DNA from: Acidobacteriota bacterium
Lineage (GTDB): Bacteria; Acidobacteriota; CAIWXX01
NCBI GenBank assembly: GCA_040755995.1
Contig: JBFMAF010000028.1
Coordinates: 128,001 to 192,000, forward strand
Direction of reading: 5' to 3'
DNA length: 64,000 nucleotides
The notes under the pieces were generated by a model. It saw only the letters and a program-made list of their open reading frames with translations. It did not search any database and was not told the DNA's origin. Of this stretch, positions 21,522-33,939 are shown in pieces. How positions within the stretch are numbered: position 1 is the first letter of the stretch; every line of letters starts with the position of its first letter. The translations under genes were made by a program, and so were the position numbers.

Positions 21522-23030
21522 TCACCTCTTTCTCATCGCTTCGGCGCGGTAGAACCGCTTCCAGGGCGACATGGTGGGTACGCGGCGTGTCGTCAAGCCG
21601 GTTCGGGTCAGGCGCTCATGCAGCAGTCTCACGGCCAGCGCGGCCAGCGCGATCTCCTCCATGTGCTGCCCGTCGCGACGGCGGACGGTGAGGTGGTCGA
21701 GCAGCGAGGTCGAGTAGCTGCCGGCCAGGAAATCCGCGTTCGACAGAACCATCTGCGCCAGCGGGATGGTCGTCTTGATCCCGGTGACGTGGTACTCGTG
21801 GAGAGCCCGGCGCATGCGATCGATCGCCTCGCTCCGGTCCTTCCCCCAGGTGACGAGTTTCGCGAGCAGCGGGTCGTAGTAGATCGGCACCGTGAATCCC
21901 TCATATACGCCGCTGTCACGCCTGACACCCGGCCCGCCGGACGGCTGCACGAGCCTCACGATCCGCCCCGGCGACGGCATGAACCCATTCTCCACGTCCT
22001 CCGCATAGATGCGGCACTCGATGGAATGCCCCCGAGGCTGTATGGCGGACTGCCCGTAGCCGAGCCTCTGGCCGGCGGCGAGCCGGAGCTGCTCCTTCAC
22101 CAGATCGATCGACGTCACCATTTCGGTGACGGGATGCTCCACCTGCAGCCTCGTGTTCGTCTCCAGGAAGTAGAAATTGCGATCTGCGTCGACCAGGAAC
22201 TCGACGGTCCCGGCGTTTCGATACCCTACGGAGCCCGCCAGGCGCACTGCCAGCTCTCCCATGCGTGTACGCACGTCGTCGTTGATGAACGGGGACGGCG
22301 TCTCTTCGATAACCTTCTGGTAGCGTCTCTGCACCGAGCACTCGCGCTCGCCGAGATACACCCCGTGGCCGTGATTGTCGAAGAGAACCTGGACTTCGAT
22401 GTGGTGCGGATTTTCCAAGAACTTCTCGATGTAGATGGAGGCATCGGCGAAGGCGGCCCCGGCCTCGGAGGAGGCGGTCCGGAAGGCCTCGGCCAGGTCC
22501 TCACGGCCTCGCACGATGCGCATCCCCTTTCCGCCGCCGCCCGCGGCCGCCTTCAACAGCACAGGGTATCCGATCTCCTCGGCGACTCGCTCGGCCTCGG
22601 CCGGCGACACGCGGGTCATCGCACCGGGCACCACGGGCACCCCGGCGTTGCGCGCGGCCTGCCGCGCCGCGGTCTTGTCGCCGAGGGCCGCGATGCAGTC
22701 GCCCGTAGGCCCGACAAACGCGATCCCCGCCTCCTCCACCCGCCGCGCGAATTCGGGGTTCTCCGCGAGGAAGCCATATCCCGGGTGAATCGCCTCGCAG
22801 CCCATCGCCTCGGCCGCGTGCAGGATCTTGTCGATATCGAGGTAGCTGTGCTTCGAGACCGGGTCTCCCAGGGGCCAGGCGCGGTCGGCCATCAGGACGT
22901 GAAGAGACAGGCGGTCCGCATCCGAGTAAACCACGCAGGCCTCGACGCCCATCTCCCGGCAGGCACGGATCACTCTCACGGCGATCTCGCCCCGGTTGGC
23001 GATCAGTATTCTCTTGAACGGCACCTTCAT
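21522..23030 (-). CDS. accC: Acyl-CoA (acetyl/propionyl) carboxylase biotin carboxylase subunit
   Basis: ILIANRGEIA, HPGYGFLAEN, GGGGKGMR, ERECSVQRR, RLQVEHPVTE, YDPLLAKL. Confidence 0.93.
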   Translation of the reverse strand: MKVPFKRILIANRGEIAVRVIRACREMGVEACVVYSDADRLSLHVLMADRAWPLGDPVSKHSYLDIDKILHAAEAMGCEAIHPGYGFLAENPEFARRVEEAGIAFVGPTGDCIAALGDKTAARQAARNAGVPVVPGAMTRVSPAEAERVAEEIGYPVLLKAAAGGGGKGMRIVRGREDLAEAFRTASSEAGAAFADASIYIEKFLENPHHIEVQVLFDNHGHGVYLGERECSVQRRYQKVIEETPSPFINDDVRTRMGELAVRLAGSVGYRNAGTVEFLVDADRNFYFLETNTRLQVEHPVTEMVTSIDLVKEQLRLAAGQRLGYGQSAIQPRGHSIECRIYAEDVENGFMPSPGRIVRLVQPSGGPGVRRDSGVYEGFTVPIYYDPLLAKLVTWGKDRSEAIDRMRRALHEYHVTGIKTTIPLAQMVLSNADFLAGSYSTSLLDHLTVRRRDGQHMEEIALAALAVRLLHERLTRTGLTTRRVPTMSPWKRFYRAEAMRKR

Positions 23031-23116
23031 GCGACAAGAATCCGGGCGGTCAACGCGGGATGCGGTTCCGATCCGCCATCGGCCTTCCCCGACCGCGAAG
23101 CCCGCTGATGTTGCCC

Positions 23117-24013
23117 TCAGCCCCTGATCCGCAGAGTGACGGACGGGATGATCTTGATGTTGTAAAGATTGATCAGGTTGGCGATGTCTTTCTTGAACTT
23201 CGTTAGATACCGGGCGAACTCGTTCTCGTGGTGGATGCGGAGCAGGCTCTCGAACTCCGAGACCGAGTCGCAGAGCTCGACCAGAAGGTGCTTCATGGAG
23301 CGGTTACGCGAGTTGAGATGGTTGAGCTCCTCGATGGGCAGCTTGGGATCGTCGCACTCGGTCGGAAGCAATCCCAGGTAATCTGTGGTGTTGCTCGCGA
23401 TCTCCGCCACCAGCTCCTCGATCTCGTTCATCAGCGTCGAGTGGTAGCGCCGAGGATTCCTGAGACGCTCGCGGGCGTCAATCCGCAACCGTTCGTATTC
23501 CCGCTTCACGCATCCGAGCAGATACGGGAGGCCGAATTGTTTCTTCTCCTCGGTCAGGTTGATCTCACCGCGGCCGAGATAGATCTTGTCCGAATAGTGC
23601 GTGGTCAATTCGGCCCGTGTGTTGGTGTAAAACCTCTGTTCGTAGGTCCCCTGCCCCGCAGGTATGAACCGCACGATCGTCAGACAGTAGTTCTGCTCGA
23701 TGAAGTAGCTGTTGCCTTCGAGGATCGCGGCATGATGGACCAGATCTTGAATCACGTAGCGCTTGAGCTGCGTGAGGAACTCCTCCTCCTCCTTCAGTCC
23801 ACCCTCGAACTCACGGTCCTCCTTCGGCAGAAGCACAGCCAGAGCAGGTGAGAGCAGGTAATGGCCGTCGCCGTCGGCCAGCTCCAGGTGTATATTGTGG
23901 AGCACCTCGCGCTCGAAGGAATCCAGCCTCAGGTGCTTGGCAAGCGGCAGCTCGCGGAACTCGATCGGAAAGAATTTTTCCAGGAAATCCTCGCGCTCCT
24001 TCTTTCGAACCAT
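23117..24013 (-). CDS. Hypothetical protein (298 aa)
   Basis: RBS AGGAGG, coding-like composition; no motif recognised. Confidence 0.8.
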   Translation of the reverse strand: MVRKKEREDFLEKFFPIEFRELPLAKHLRLDSFEREVLHNIHLELADGDGHYLLSPALAVLLPKEDREFEGGLKEEEEFLTQLKRYVIQDLVHHAAILEGNSYFIEQNYCLTIVRFIPAGQGTYEQRFYTNTRAELTTHYSDKIYLGRGEINLTEEKKQFGLPYLLGCVKREYERLRIDARERLRNPRRYHSTLMNEIEELVAEIASNTTDYLGLLPTECDDPKLPIEELNHLNSRNRSMKHLLVELCDSVSEFESLLRIHHENEFARYLTKFKKDIANLINLYNIKIIPSVTLRIRG

Positions 24014-24110
24014 GGCGCTCCTCCTGTCCGCCGCTATCCTACCACAACGACGGAGACCGTCGAAACCGGTCGCCGGCTTCCCTAATCCAGCATTACCGCC
24101 GCAAGATGCT

Positions 24111-24248
24111 GAAGGCCCTGGCCGGCGAGAAGGCGGCAGGTGCGAGGCGCCGAGGAGCGAGGAGCGCAGCGTACACCGTGGTACGTGAGCACCGCAGCGA
24201 CGAAGGCAACGAAGCAGATGCCGCCTTATCGCCGGATCAGGGGGCTTC
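24111..24248. mobile_element. MITE/REP-like palindromic intergenic element
   Basis: About 24-bp imperfect terminal inverted repeats ccctg-gccggcgagaaggcggca / tgccgccttatcgccggatcaggg; no ORF. Confidence 0.6.
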
Positions 24249-24410
24249 CGCGATCCCTCCCCCGGCCCTTGAACCTTCTCGCCCTTGCCCGCTCTGGCAC
24301 CCCGCGGCCCGGGGGACCCCTTGCGAGATCAGAAATCGGGTGCTCTCGGTCCACGAACACCGCCGGTCCCCCGCCGATGAAAGCGGTCCAGATAGGCCTA
24401 TAATATGCTA

Positions 24411-25073
24411 ATGCGGTTTGATCTGGTTATCTTCGATCTGGACGGGACGCTGGTGGACTCGGTGGAGGACCTCCGCCAGAGCGTGAACCACACGATGCTG
24501 CTCGTGGGGTTTCAACCTGTCTCTCGCGCTCAGCTCTGCGACTTCGTTGGGGACGGGGCGAGGATTCTCGTCACAAGATGCCTCGCCGCAACCCCCGGGC
24601 GTGGTCCACTGGATGAGGGTCTGGTCGACGGTGCGTTCCGGCACTTCATCGCGCACTACTCCGCGCATCTACTCGATCATACCCGCCTGTATCCCGGCGT
24701 TGCCGAGACTCTGCCGGAGCTCGCGCGGCGATCGAGACTGTGCGTGCTGAGCAACAAGAGCGAGGGCTTCTCGAGGAGGACGGTCGAGGGACTGGGGGTG
24801 TCGCAGTATTTTGGAAAAATCTTCGGCGGCGACAGCTTCCCAGTGAGGAAACCCGATCCGGCAGGTTTCGTGGAGATCATGCGCCGCCTCGCGGCCCATC
24901 CAGCCGGCTGCCTGGTCGTCGGGGACTCACGGAATGACATCGCAGGGGGACGCGCGGCAGGCGCCCGGACCTGCGGGGTTCTATACGGCATCAAGCCGCT
25001 GGAGGTGAGACCCTCCGGGCCAGACTACGTGGTGGACGCCTTCCCAAACCTGCTGGATATCATCGAGGGCTGA
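24411..25073 (+). CDS. gph: HAD-superfamily phosphoglycolate phosphatase-like hydrolase
   Basis: FDLDGTLVDS, LSNK, KPDP, VGDS.NDI; TATAAT (24399-24404) 6 nt before ATG 24411. Confidence 0.88.
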   Translation: MRFDLVIFDLDGTLVDSVEDLRQSVNHTMLLVGFQPVSRAQLCDFVGDGARILVTRCLAATPGRGPLDEGLVDGAFRHFIAHYSAHLLDHTRLYPGVAETLPELARRSRLCVLSNKSEGFSRRTVEGLGVSQYFGKIFGGDSFPVRKPDPAGFVEIMRRLAAHPAGCLVVGDSRNDIAGGRAAGARTCGVLYGIKPLEVRPSGPDYVVDAFPNLLDIIEG

Positions 25074-25119
25074 GTGGTGACCGTATCCTGCCGTGTCTGC
25101 CTCGGACGGCTTCACCCCA

Positions 25120-25280
25120 TCTCCACGTCTCCACTGCTCGGCTTCTCCGATTCGCCGTTTCCCCGTTTCGCCGTTTCTCCGATTCCCCGGCTCTCCGTGT
25201 CTCCGTTTCTCCGTCTCTCCGGTTCTCCGTTTCGCCGGTTCCCCGGTTCCCGGTTTCTCCGGTTCTCCGTGTCTGCGCGG
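25120..25280. repeat. Degenerate octamer tandem repeat (TTCTCCGN-like)
   Basis: About 20 imperfect pyrimidine-rich 8-mers; similar tracts at 21460-21520 and, inverted, at 27320-27385. Confidence 0.75.
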
Positions 25281-25325
25281 CTCCGCGCCGGTGCCCGCCC
25301 CGCACGTAGTTCCACGAGTAGCTTT

Positions 25326-25352
25326 TGTAACCCGGCGGCCAGGCGGCGCGTA
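25326..25352 (+). promoter_or_regulatory. Putative ECF-sigma autoregulatory promoter
   Basis: TGTAAC-17-CGTA directly upstream of ECF sigma gene. Confidence 0.55.
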
Positions 25353-25365
25353 CTCATTGTTGAAG

Positions 25366-25965
25366 ATGGACGGCGCCTTCGGTGAGATGGCCTTGAAGGA
25401 AGCGCCCGAGGCGTCGGTAGTCGGCGGATCGCTTGGAGAGCTCGCGAAGCGAGCGGCCAAGGACGACCAGGCTTTCCGGGAGCTCTACGAACGCATGAAG
25501 CGCCCCATCTACAATTTCTTGTACCGAATGGTAGGACACATGGGAGAAGCCGAGGAACTGATGCAGGACACGCTGCTGAAGGTCTATCGCAGCCTGGACC
25601 GGCTGAACGCCGAAGAGAACTTCATGGCGTGGTCGTACACCATCGCGAGGAACACGGCCATCAGCCATCTGCGCAAGCGGCGGTGGGTCCCGCAGCCGTT
25701 GGAGCAGATGCCCGAGCCTGTATCGTCGGCGCGAGGGCACGAGGAGAAGGACGTGGAATCGGATCTGCAGCGGTTGCTGCTGGAGATCCCGCCGAGGTAT
25801 CGTTCGCTGTTCATCATGGCTGTGATCGAACAGCGGGAATACCGCGAGATAGCGAAGGCGACCGGGAAATCTCTCGCGTCGGTCAAGGCGGACGTCCATC
25901 GTGCGCGAGAGATGATGCGAGACCGGTGGAAGAGGTATCGTGAAGGAACAGGGGTGGGGCGATGA
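25366..25965 (+). CDS. ECF RNA polymerase sigma factor
   Basis: AFRELY...IYNFLYRM...AEELMQD...F.AW.Y.IARN; region 4 Y.EIA..TG.S..SVK..VHRARE; alternative start 25387. Confidence 0.92.
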   Translation: MDGAFGEMALKEAPEASVVGGSLGELAKRAAKDDQAFRELYERMKRPIYNFLYRMVGHMGEAEELMQDTLLKVYRSLDRLNAEENFMAWSYTIARNTAISHLRKRRWVPQPLEQMPEPVSSARGHEEKDVESDLQRLLLEIPPRYRSLFIMAVIEQREYREIAKATGKSLASVKADVHRAREMMRDRWKRYREGTGVGR

Positions 25966-26483
25966 ACTGCACTGAGATGCGGTCGGAACTCTCGGCTTAT
26001 ATCGACGGCGAGCTTTCTGCGACGGCCCGGACGGAGGTCGAGGCGCACTTGCAAGCATGCCAGGAGTGCCGCGGGGAGCTCGACTCGTTTCAGGCGATGG
26101 ACCTGGACTTCCAGGAACACTTGCCGAGGCTCGATCCCGATCCGTCGTTGTTTGTGCGCTTCCAGAGCATGCTTGACCGAGCCGTTCCGCGTCGCCTGTC
26201 GTGGTGGAAACTCGGATGGATCACGGCGGCGACGGCCGCGGCGACGTTGATGGTGCTGCTGGGCGTGGGAGAGATTCGCGAGCGCCGTCAGACAGAGGCG
26301 CTGCTGCACCAGATAGACGCTTACCAGCAGCGCGTCCCGGTCCGGAACGTGTTCGCGCTTGGTCGGTATAACGAGGGCCGCAACCCGTTCGACTACCATG
26401 CGAGGCTGGCGCAGCGGCACCCGTTCAAGGTCGCTGACAGCCAGCCCGTCGTCAACTCGGTTCCTCAGGGAGGTGAACGATGA
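25962..26483 (+). CDS. Zinc-binding (zf-HC2) anti-sigma factor
   Basis: MNC...LSAYIDGEL...EAHLQACQEC (HxxxCxxC); one TM helix; overlaps sigma stop. Confidence 0.9.
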   Translation: MNCTEMRSELSAYIDGELSATARTEVEAHLQACQECRGELDSFQAMDLDFQEHLPRLDPDPSLFVRFQSMLDRAVPRRLSWWKLGWITAATAAATLMVLLGVGEIRERRQTEALLHQIDAYQQRVPVRNVFALGRYNEGRNPFDYHARLAQRHPFKVADSQPVVNSVPQGGER

Positions 26484-27286
26484 TCAGAAAGGCTCTGGTA
26501 ATGATGCTTGTGGCGCTAGGGCCTCTCGCGATGCCGCGGGTTTGGGCGGCGGACGATGCGGCGGGGGACCAGGAGCGAGCGAAGGTGGAGGAGGAACAGA
26601 AGCGAGCCGAGCAGGAGCGGGCGCGCGCCGAGGCCGAGGCGAAGAAGGCGGCAGAGGAGCAGAAGAAGCACGAGGCCGAGTTGAAGGCGGCTCAGGCGAA
26701 GGAGCAGCAGAGGAGGACCGAGGAACTGCGGCGGGTGCAGGAGCAGCTCCAGGCGGAGATGCAGTGGGTCCAGAAGGCTGCTGAGCAGGAGATTCGCCGG
26801 GCGCAGGAGGAGATGAAGCATGCCCAGGAGATCGGGCGTGTGCATCTGATCGAGCCCTGGGGCAATCCTTGGGAGCAGGACAAGGAGTTCGACAAAATCC
26901 GGGTGCTCTTCGATATGGCCGAAGCGCAGCATGAGATCGTCATGATGATGATCGAGGACAACAGAATCGACGATGTGGTCAAGGAGACGCAGAAGATCAT
27001 GCAGCTCGGGTTCCCAGATCGTTACGATCTGTTCCTGCTCAACGAGATCGACGAGGTAGTCGACAGGCTCGTGCAGAAGAGCCAGGACGACGCCGCCATC
27101 CGCGTGCTCGAGATCGGGAAGAACGCTCTGCGCCATCCCGAGGCGAAGGTGGGACTGCTGATGCAGGTGGCCAAGATCCATCGCAAGCACAAACGCAACG
27201 ACCTCGCCATCCAGGCCTACCGCGAGGCGATCTCGCTCAACCAGCGGCTGCTGACGGAGAAGGCACAGGAGAGCCCGAAGAAGTAG
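26480..27286 (+). CDS. Exported coiled-coil/TPR protein in ECF operon
   Basis: Signal peptide, E/K/Q/A-rich coiled coil, C-terminal TPR-like helices; ATGA overlap. Confidence 0.75.
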   Translation: MIRKALVMMLVALGPLAMPRVWAADDAAGDQERAKVEEEQKRAEQERARAEAEAKKAAEEQKKHEAELKAAQAKEQQRRTEELRRVQEQLQAEMQWVQKAAEQEIRRAQEEMKHAQEIGRVHLIEPWGNPWEQDKEFDKIRVLFDMAEAQHEIVMMMIEDNRIDDVVKETQKIMQLGFPDRYDLFLLNEIDEVVDRLVQKSQDDAAIRVLEIGKNALRHPEAKVGLLMQVAKIHRKHKRNDLAIQAYREAISLNQRLLTEKAQESPKK

Positions 27287-27450
27287 GGAACGGTGCGGCG
27301 ACTGCAGCCCGGTGGCGCTCGGGGCGGACGTGGAGACGCGGCGACACGGGGAATGGAAGAAACGGGAAAAGGAGAGGGGGAGAGGCCAGCGCCGAATCCC
27401 GCGGGTACTCGATTGTGCCGCGACGCCCGGCTTCGTACCAAGGCGGGGAT

Positions 27451-28116
27451 TTAGATGAGGCCCAGCTCGCGGCAGGCGACAAGCATCGGGGGGCGTTGCC
27501 AGAGCCAATCAACCTTGAGCCGAAACCCCGGGAGCACCCTCGAGTGGTAGACACCTTCTGCATCGACCGGGGATGCGCGATAGTGGCCCCTTTCATCTAA
27601 CTCGTAGAACTCGACCTCCTTCCGCCCAGGATCGATCAGCCAGTACTCCCTGACCCCTCCGCACTCGTATTCATAGAACTTGTCGCCCCTGTCGCGCCCG
27701 GCGCTCTCCTTGGACATCACTTCGACAACAACGTCGGCTGGGCCTTGGAGGTATGACGGGTTGAGCCGGTCCATATGAGCCGCGGCGACGAAGAGCACGT
27801 CGGGCTCGCGCCCCACGTCTACCAGCTTCATTTGAAACGGCGCCACCAGCACCTCACCTGCGTGATGCACCTGTGCGTACGCTGTGAGCACCGAACTGAG
27901 AAACTGGACGATCTGTTGGTGTTCCAGGCCCGCAGGGCTGTTCATGATCACCTCTCCTCGAACCCACTCTGTGCGACTATCCTCGCCGGCCCAATCTAGA
28001 AACTCCTCATAGGTCATGTCGGGTGGCCGACCGCCCTTCAGAAGAGCGTCGAGAATACTCCGGCGGAGCTCTTCGGGGAGCACGACTGCGGCTGAGGAGT
28101 CCGTTCTCTGCGCCAT
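27451..28116 (-). CDS. Uma2-family (PD-(D/E)xK) endonuclease
   Basis: MTYEEFL, EWVRGEV, EPDVLFV, PADVVVEVMS, DRGDKF.EY...GVREYWLIDP. Confidence 0.92.
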   Translation of the reverse strand: MAQRTDSSAAVVLPEELRRSILDALLKGGRPPDMTYEEFLDWAGEDSRTEWVRGEVIMNSPAGLEHQQIVQFLSSVLTAYAQVHHAGEVLVAPFQMKLVDVGREPDVLFVAAAHMDRLNPSYLQGPADVVVEVMSKESAGRDRGDKFYEYECGGVREYWLIDPGRKEVEFYELDERGHYRASPVDAEGVYHSRVLPGFRLKVDWLWQRPPMLVACRELGLI

Positions 28117-28177
28117 GGCGGTATCCCTTTGCTCTCGATTATACCGGACGGTCTGGCCTGGCAGAAGCCCGGGTTTC

Positions 28178-29863
<1,686 letters not shown>

Positions 29864-30063
29864 GTCTCTCCTCCTCGCTCTGACTCGCGTATTATACCAT
29901 GTGCGCCGAGTTCTGCCGGTGAGCCCTGATCCGCCGGGTGGAGTACCTCCATCTCGGAGCTCCGAGTAGCACCCTGGTTCAGGGGTCCGCCATCGACGTG
30001 AGACCAGGCGAGCTTCGCTGTCTGCACGGCCCGTGCCCGGCAGCCGCAGTTGGAACGTGAAGC

Positions 30064-33000
30064 TCACATATTCTCAATCTCGACGATGTGGACATCCCCA
30101 TTGATGCATCCCGCTGCCAGGCGTCGGCCGCCCGGATGCCACGCCACGGAGCAGGGCTTGGTCTCGCTCCGATGCTCGGCCACCTCCCGACCGTCCTCCG
30201 GATCCAGTATCTTGAGATGCCTGTCGAACCCGGCGAAGGCCAGCCATCGACCGTCCGGCGAGAAAGCCAGGTCCAGGGCCAGGACCTTCTTGAGTGTCTC
30301 CAGCCTGAGCCTGCCAGTCTCGATCTCCCAAGTCCGAAGCATGACGTCGCGCTGGTGGGTGGCCTCGACCGCGGAAACAGCGGCCACGCGCGCTCCATCG
30401 GGCGAGATGGCGGAGGCGAACACGGGCTCGCGCTTGTTGATCAGACGGAACCGCTCCGCCCCCGAGGCCACATCCCAGATTCGAAGAGTGCCGTCATAGG
30501 AACCGGAGACAAGGCTGCGGCCGTCCGGCGCGTAGCGCAAAGTAGTGATCCAGCTCTGGTGCCCTCGCAATTCGCGCGCCTCCGCGCCCTGCTCGATCGC
30601 ACGAATCCGGACGATCCCGTCGTCGGAGCCCGATGCGACCCAAGCCCCGTCAGGCGAAATGGCGCAGGCGCGGACGGGACAGGTCACGTCCTGCCAAGTC
30701 CACTCTTCTTGGTACTTCCGCAGGTCCCATACGCGGAGCGCACCGTCTTCGCTGGCTGAAACGAGCCGTTTGCCGTCGGGAGTGATCGCCGCGCCGTAGA
30801 CTTTCTTCGAATCGCCACCTCGAATCAATCCCTCTTCGCCGGCGGTTGCCAGCCGCCCGCCTTCGTGTGTCGCGGCACCGTCTTCGACCGTGCCCCGATC
30901 GGCCGCCGGGAGCGTGGCCAGAAGCTTCTCGGTCAACGTATCCCAAATTCTGATTGTCCCGTCCCAGGATGCGGTGACCAATCGGGTTCCGCCGGCCAAG
31001 AACTGGACCCCACACGCGTGCCCTTTGTGAGCTCCCAGCAGGGGGGACGAACGAACAGGTGCGGTGGTGTGCGCGGCCCGAACCGCAGCCGCGATGTCCC
31101 AGAGGCAGACCGTCATGTCTGTCGAGGCCGAGACCGCACGACGGCCGTCGGGGTGAGCAGCACATGCGCTGACCCAGAAGGAGTGTCCCCTGAGAGTCGC
31201 GAGCTCCTCACCGCTCCCAGAGTCCCAAACCTTGAGCCGTGCATCCCACGACCCGGCCGAGAGGATCCATCTCTCATCATTGAGAAAGACGCAGGCATTG
31301 ACGCCGCCGGTGTGACCTGTAGCGATCCTTAGCGCATCGCCCGAATCGAGGTTCCAGACTCGCAGCGTCTCATCGGCTGCCGCCGTGAGAAGCCGGCGGC
31401 CGTCGCGGCTGAACGTGCATGCCTTCACCTCACCCTCGTGACCGGTGAGCCGCGCCAGTTCGTGGCCGCTCCCAGCCTGGAGGATGACGACTTGGTGGAG
31501 TCGGCCGCCGCAAGCGATCCGCCGGCCGTCAGGAGAGAACGCGCAGGCGTAGAGGCCCATGTCGCGAGGACTGACATCGCAGATGATCTCACTGGTCGCC
31601 GAATCCCAAATAACCAGGCGCCCTTCCTCGCCGGCCGACGCGATGCGATGGCCATCGGGTGATACCGCGCATGCGTTCACTTGCCGAGCATGACTCCAAA
31701 GGGTGCGGCCGGCGGGGCCGGTGTCCAGATCCCAGATCCGCAGCGTCGAATCGTTGGACGCCGTGACGAGCCGCCGCCCATCTGGGAAGAATGCGCAGGC
31801 GGTGATTCCGCCTGTGTGCTGCCTGTGTTCGTGGAGAAGCGCGCCAGTCTCGGCATCCCACAGAAGCAGATGTCCGCTGTCGGTCCCGGCTGCGATGATC
31901 CGGCCGTCAGGGGATAGTGCACACGAGAGGAAGCCCATGGAGCCCAGAAACCGCATGACCAGGGCGCTGTGGCCGGCCTGGGGCTTGTTCAGCCAGCGAA
32001 CCCAAGGGCGGCGTTCACGTCCACAGCGGGTTCTCTCGCGAGCGGCCACGGCCAGTGGCGAGTCGTCGGGCTCATTGGCGGCCATCGAGAAGAGCAGATT
32101 CGGACGGATGGCGAGAATGTGGCTTCTTGATTGTATGAACCGGGCGAACGCCGCCAACCGGGCGCGCGCCGACTCGGGCCAATCGGGCCGTGCCAAGGCT
32201 GCGTTGAAATCGGCTACGAGGGCGAAGGCGAGCCCCGCCGCGCATTTCGCTTCGAGGAACTCGAGGTCGCCGAGGAGGGAGACTGCCTCATCTCTCAGGT
32301 CCGCACTCAAGAGGTGGGCCAGAAGGTGGCTCAGGGCGTAGGGATCGCACCGGCCGTGGCCGAAATCGGCGAGTAGCCTCTCCCCGATTCGGCGGTCGCC
32401 GGCAGCGCGGTCGACGCGGTAGCGGCGGCTTCGGCCGGCCACTCCGGAGAGCCAGTCAGCGATCGATTTGTGGAACGGCCGATAGCGCCCGTCGCGCTCG
32501 GGGAAGAAGGCAGCCAATTGTTCCAAGTCGGACGCCACGGCGAAAGGCGAGCGGTCCAGGAAACGGGCAACTTGTTCGGCCGAGAGCGGTTCGCGTGCTG
32601 CGGTCAGAACTTCGAGGAGGGGACGGATCGCGTCATAGCCTCTTCCCTCAGGGAAGGCCCGGGCGAAGAATCCCTGGTAGATCCCCACCAGTCCTTCGGG
32701 GAATGCGGACACGGCAGAAGGGTCGATCTGCCCCGACTCGACGGCGGCAACGGCCTGGGTGACGTAGAGGAAATTGCCCGAGCCACCCGTGGCGATTCGC
32801 GTGGCCAGCGCTGCGGCGTCGGCACCGGCCCCGCGAAGGCGTTCCGCCAGAGCCGGCTCGGCGAGACGCCGGCTGAGGTATACGCGGATGTCCTCGAGAT
32901 TCTCGGTGCGGGCAGCATCTATCTCGTGAGGCCGGAATCGGCTGAACAGGTCGAGGATCTGCGGCTCCTTGCGGGTGCTCAGCACCAACCGCAGCCAGGT

Positions 33001-33939
33001 GGGCAGGTCTTCCAATCGCTCGGCCAGCAGCCTGGCGATGTGGCGTGAGCCGTACGCCATGCCTTCATCCAGGGCGTCCACAGCGAGAATAAGCGTCTCA
33101 TGCTGCAGCTCGGCCCTCAGTGGATCGAGAACGACTCGTCGCAGCAACGATCCAGGATCGCCGTCTGCCAAGGCGTCCAGGTCCAGCGCCTCCAGGGCGG
33201 TCCGGTAGCCGGGCAGCTGCGTGCGCAGCTGGGCTGCGATCGAACGCACGAACCGCACGGGGTCCAGCGAGTCGGCCAGGCTTGCAGCGCACAGGTGGTA
33301 GGCGGCTACTCGCGGGTGGTGTTCCACCAACCAGGCGACGATGGCCGACTTGCCCGTGCCGGGGTCGCCTGTTATGAGGAAGACACGACTACTGCCGTTG
33401 TCGGCAAGCCAGGTGGAGAGTTCCGCAAGAAGCCAGTCGCGACCTGTGAAGCCGCGGGCCAACCGGGCCAGTTCCGCGCCGAAGTCCAGTGGCCTGAGGC
33501 GCGCAAGCGGGGCCGCAGTGACTCCTTCGATGCTCGGCGCGGACGCAGCGAGCGAATCGAGTAATCGCTGCAGGGCCCGCTCGTAGCGACCCGCGGCCGT
33601 CCAGTCCTGGAAGTCGATCCAGTCCAGGCGGTAGATCCCGAGGGGCGGGCGGCACTGGAGCACCATCACCGGGATGATGCGTCGCCCGTTATAGCGGGCG
33701 AGGCTGATCTCGTCGAGACACACGCCGTCGGGGCGCCGTACGGCGTGGGGCGAGAGAAGCGCCACGAACACGTCGCACCCCATAATGGCCCCCTCGATCT
33801 GCTCCTCCCAGGAGCGCCCCGCAGTAATCGCGCGGCTGTCAAGCCAGACGATGTGGCTGCGCCCAGCAAGGTCGGTAGCCAGCCGTGCGGCCAGCTCCTG
33901 CGCGTCCGCCCGCCCGTAGCTCATGAACACGCGCATCAT
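30064..33939 (-). CDS. TIR - NACHT/STAND ATPase - WD40 repeat protein (bacterial NLR-like)
   Basis: [10 protein letters not shown]...W.D...CLDEI; Walker A GDPGTGKS; Walker [23 protein letters not shown]; about 14-15 WD40 repeats; RBS AGGAGG. Confidence 0.92.
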   Translation of the reverse strand: MMRVFMSYGRADAQELAARLATDLAGRSHIVWLDSRAITAGRSWEEQIEGAIMGCDVFVALLSPHAVRRPDGVCLDEISLARYNGRRIIPVMVLQCRPPLGIYRLDWIDFQDWTAAGRYERALQRLLDSLAASAPSIEGVTAAPLARLRPLDFGAELARLARGFTGRDWLLAELSTWLADNGSSRVFLITGDPGTGKSAIVAWLVEHHPRVAAYHLCAASLADSLDPVRFVRSIAAQLRTQLPGYRTALEALDLDALADGDPGSLLRRVVLDPLRAELQHETLILAVDALDEGMAYGSRHIARLLAERLEDLPTWLRLVLSTRKEPQILDLFSRFRPHEIDAARTENLEDIRVYLSRRLAEPALAERLRGAGADAAALATRIATGGSGNFLYVTQAVAAVESGQIDPSAVSAFPEGLVGIYQGFFARAFPEGRGYDAIRPLLEVLTAAREPLSAEQVARFLDRSPFAVASDLEQLAAFFPERDGRYRPFHKSIADWLSGVAGRSRRYRVDRAAGDRRIGERLLADFGHGRCDPYALSHLLAHLLSADLRDEAVSLLGDLEFLEAKCAAGLAFALVADFNAALARPDWPESARARLAAFARFIQSRSHILAIRPNLLFSMAANEPDDSPLAVAARERTRCGRERRPWVRWLNKPQAGHSALVMRFLGSMGFLSCALSPDGRIIAAGTDSGHLLLWDAETGALLHEHRQHTGGITACAFFPDGRRLVTASNDSTLRIWDLDTGPAGRTLWSHARQVNACAVSPDGHRIASAGEEGRLVIWDSATSEIICDVSPRDMGLYACAFSPDGRRIACGGRLHQVVILQAGSGHELARLTGHEGEVKACTFSRDGRRLLTAAADETLRVWNLDSGDALRIATGHTGGVNACVFLNDERWILSAGSWDARLKVWDSGSGEELATLRGHSFWVSACAAHPDGRRAVSASTDMTVCLWDIAAAVRAAHTTAPVRSSPLLGAHKGHACGVQFLAGGTRLVTASWDGTIRIWDTLTEKLLATLPAADRGTVEDGAATHEGGRLATAGEEGLIRGGDSKKVYGAAITPDGKRLVSASEDGALRVWDLRKYQEEWTWQDVTCPVRACAISPDGAWVASGSDDGIVRIRAIEQGAEARELRGHQSWITTLRYAPDGRSLVSGSYDGTLRIWDVASGAERFRLINKREPVFASAISPDGARVAAVSAVEATHQRDVMLRTWEIETGRLRLETLKKVLALDLAFSPDGRWLAFAGFDRHLKILDPEDGREVAEHRSETKPCSVAWHPGGRRLAAGCINGDVHIVEIENM

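Noticed and set aside
29864..30063. Cobalamin riboswitch or N-terminal extension before the mutase
   Set aside because: No B12-box motifs recognised; the -10 element lies only about 30 nt before the GTG start
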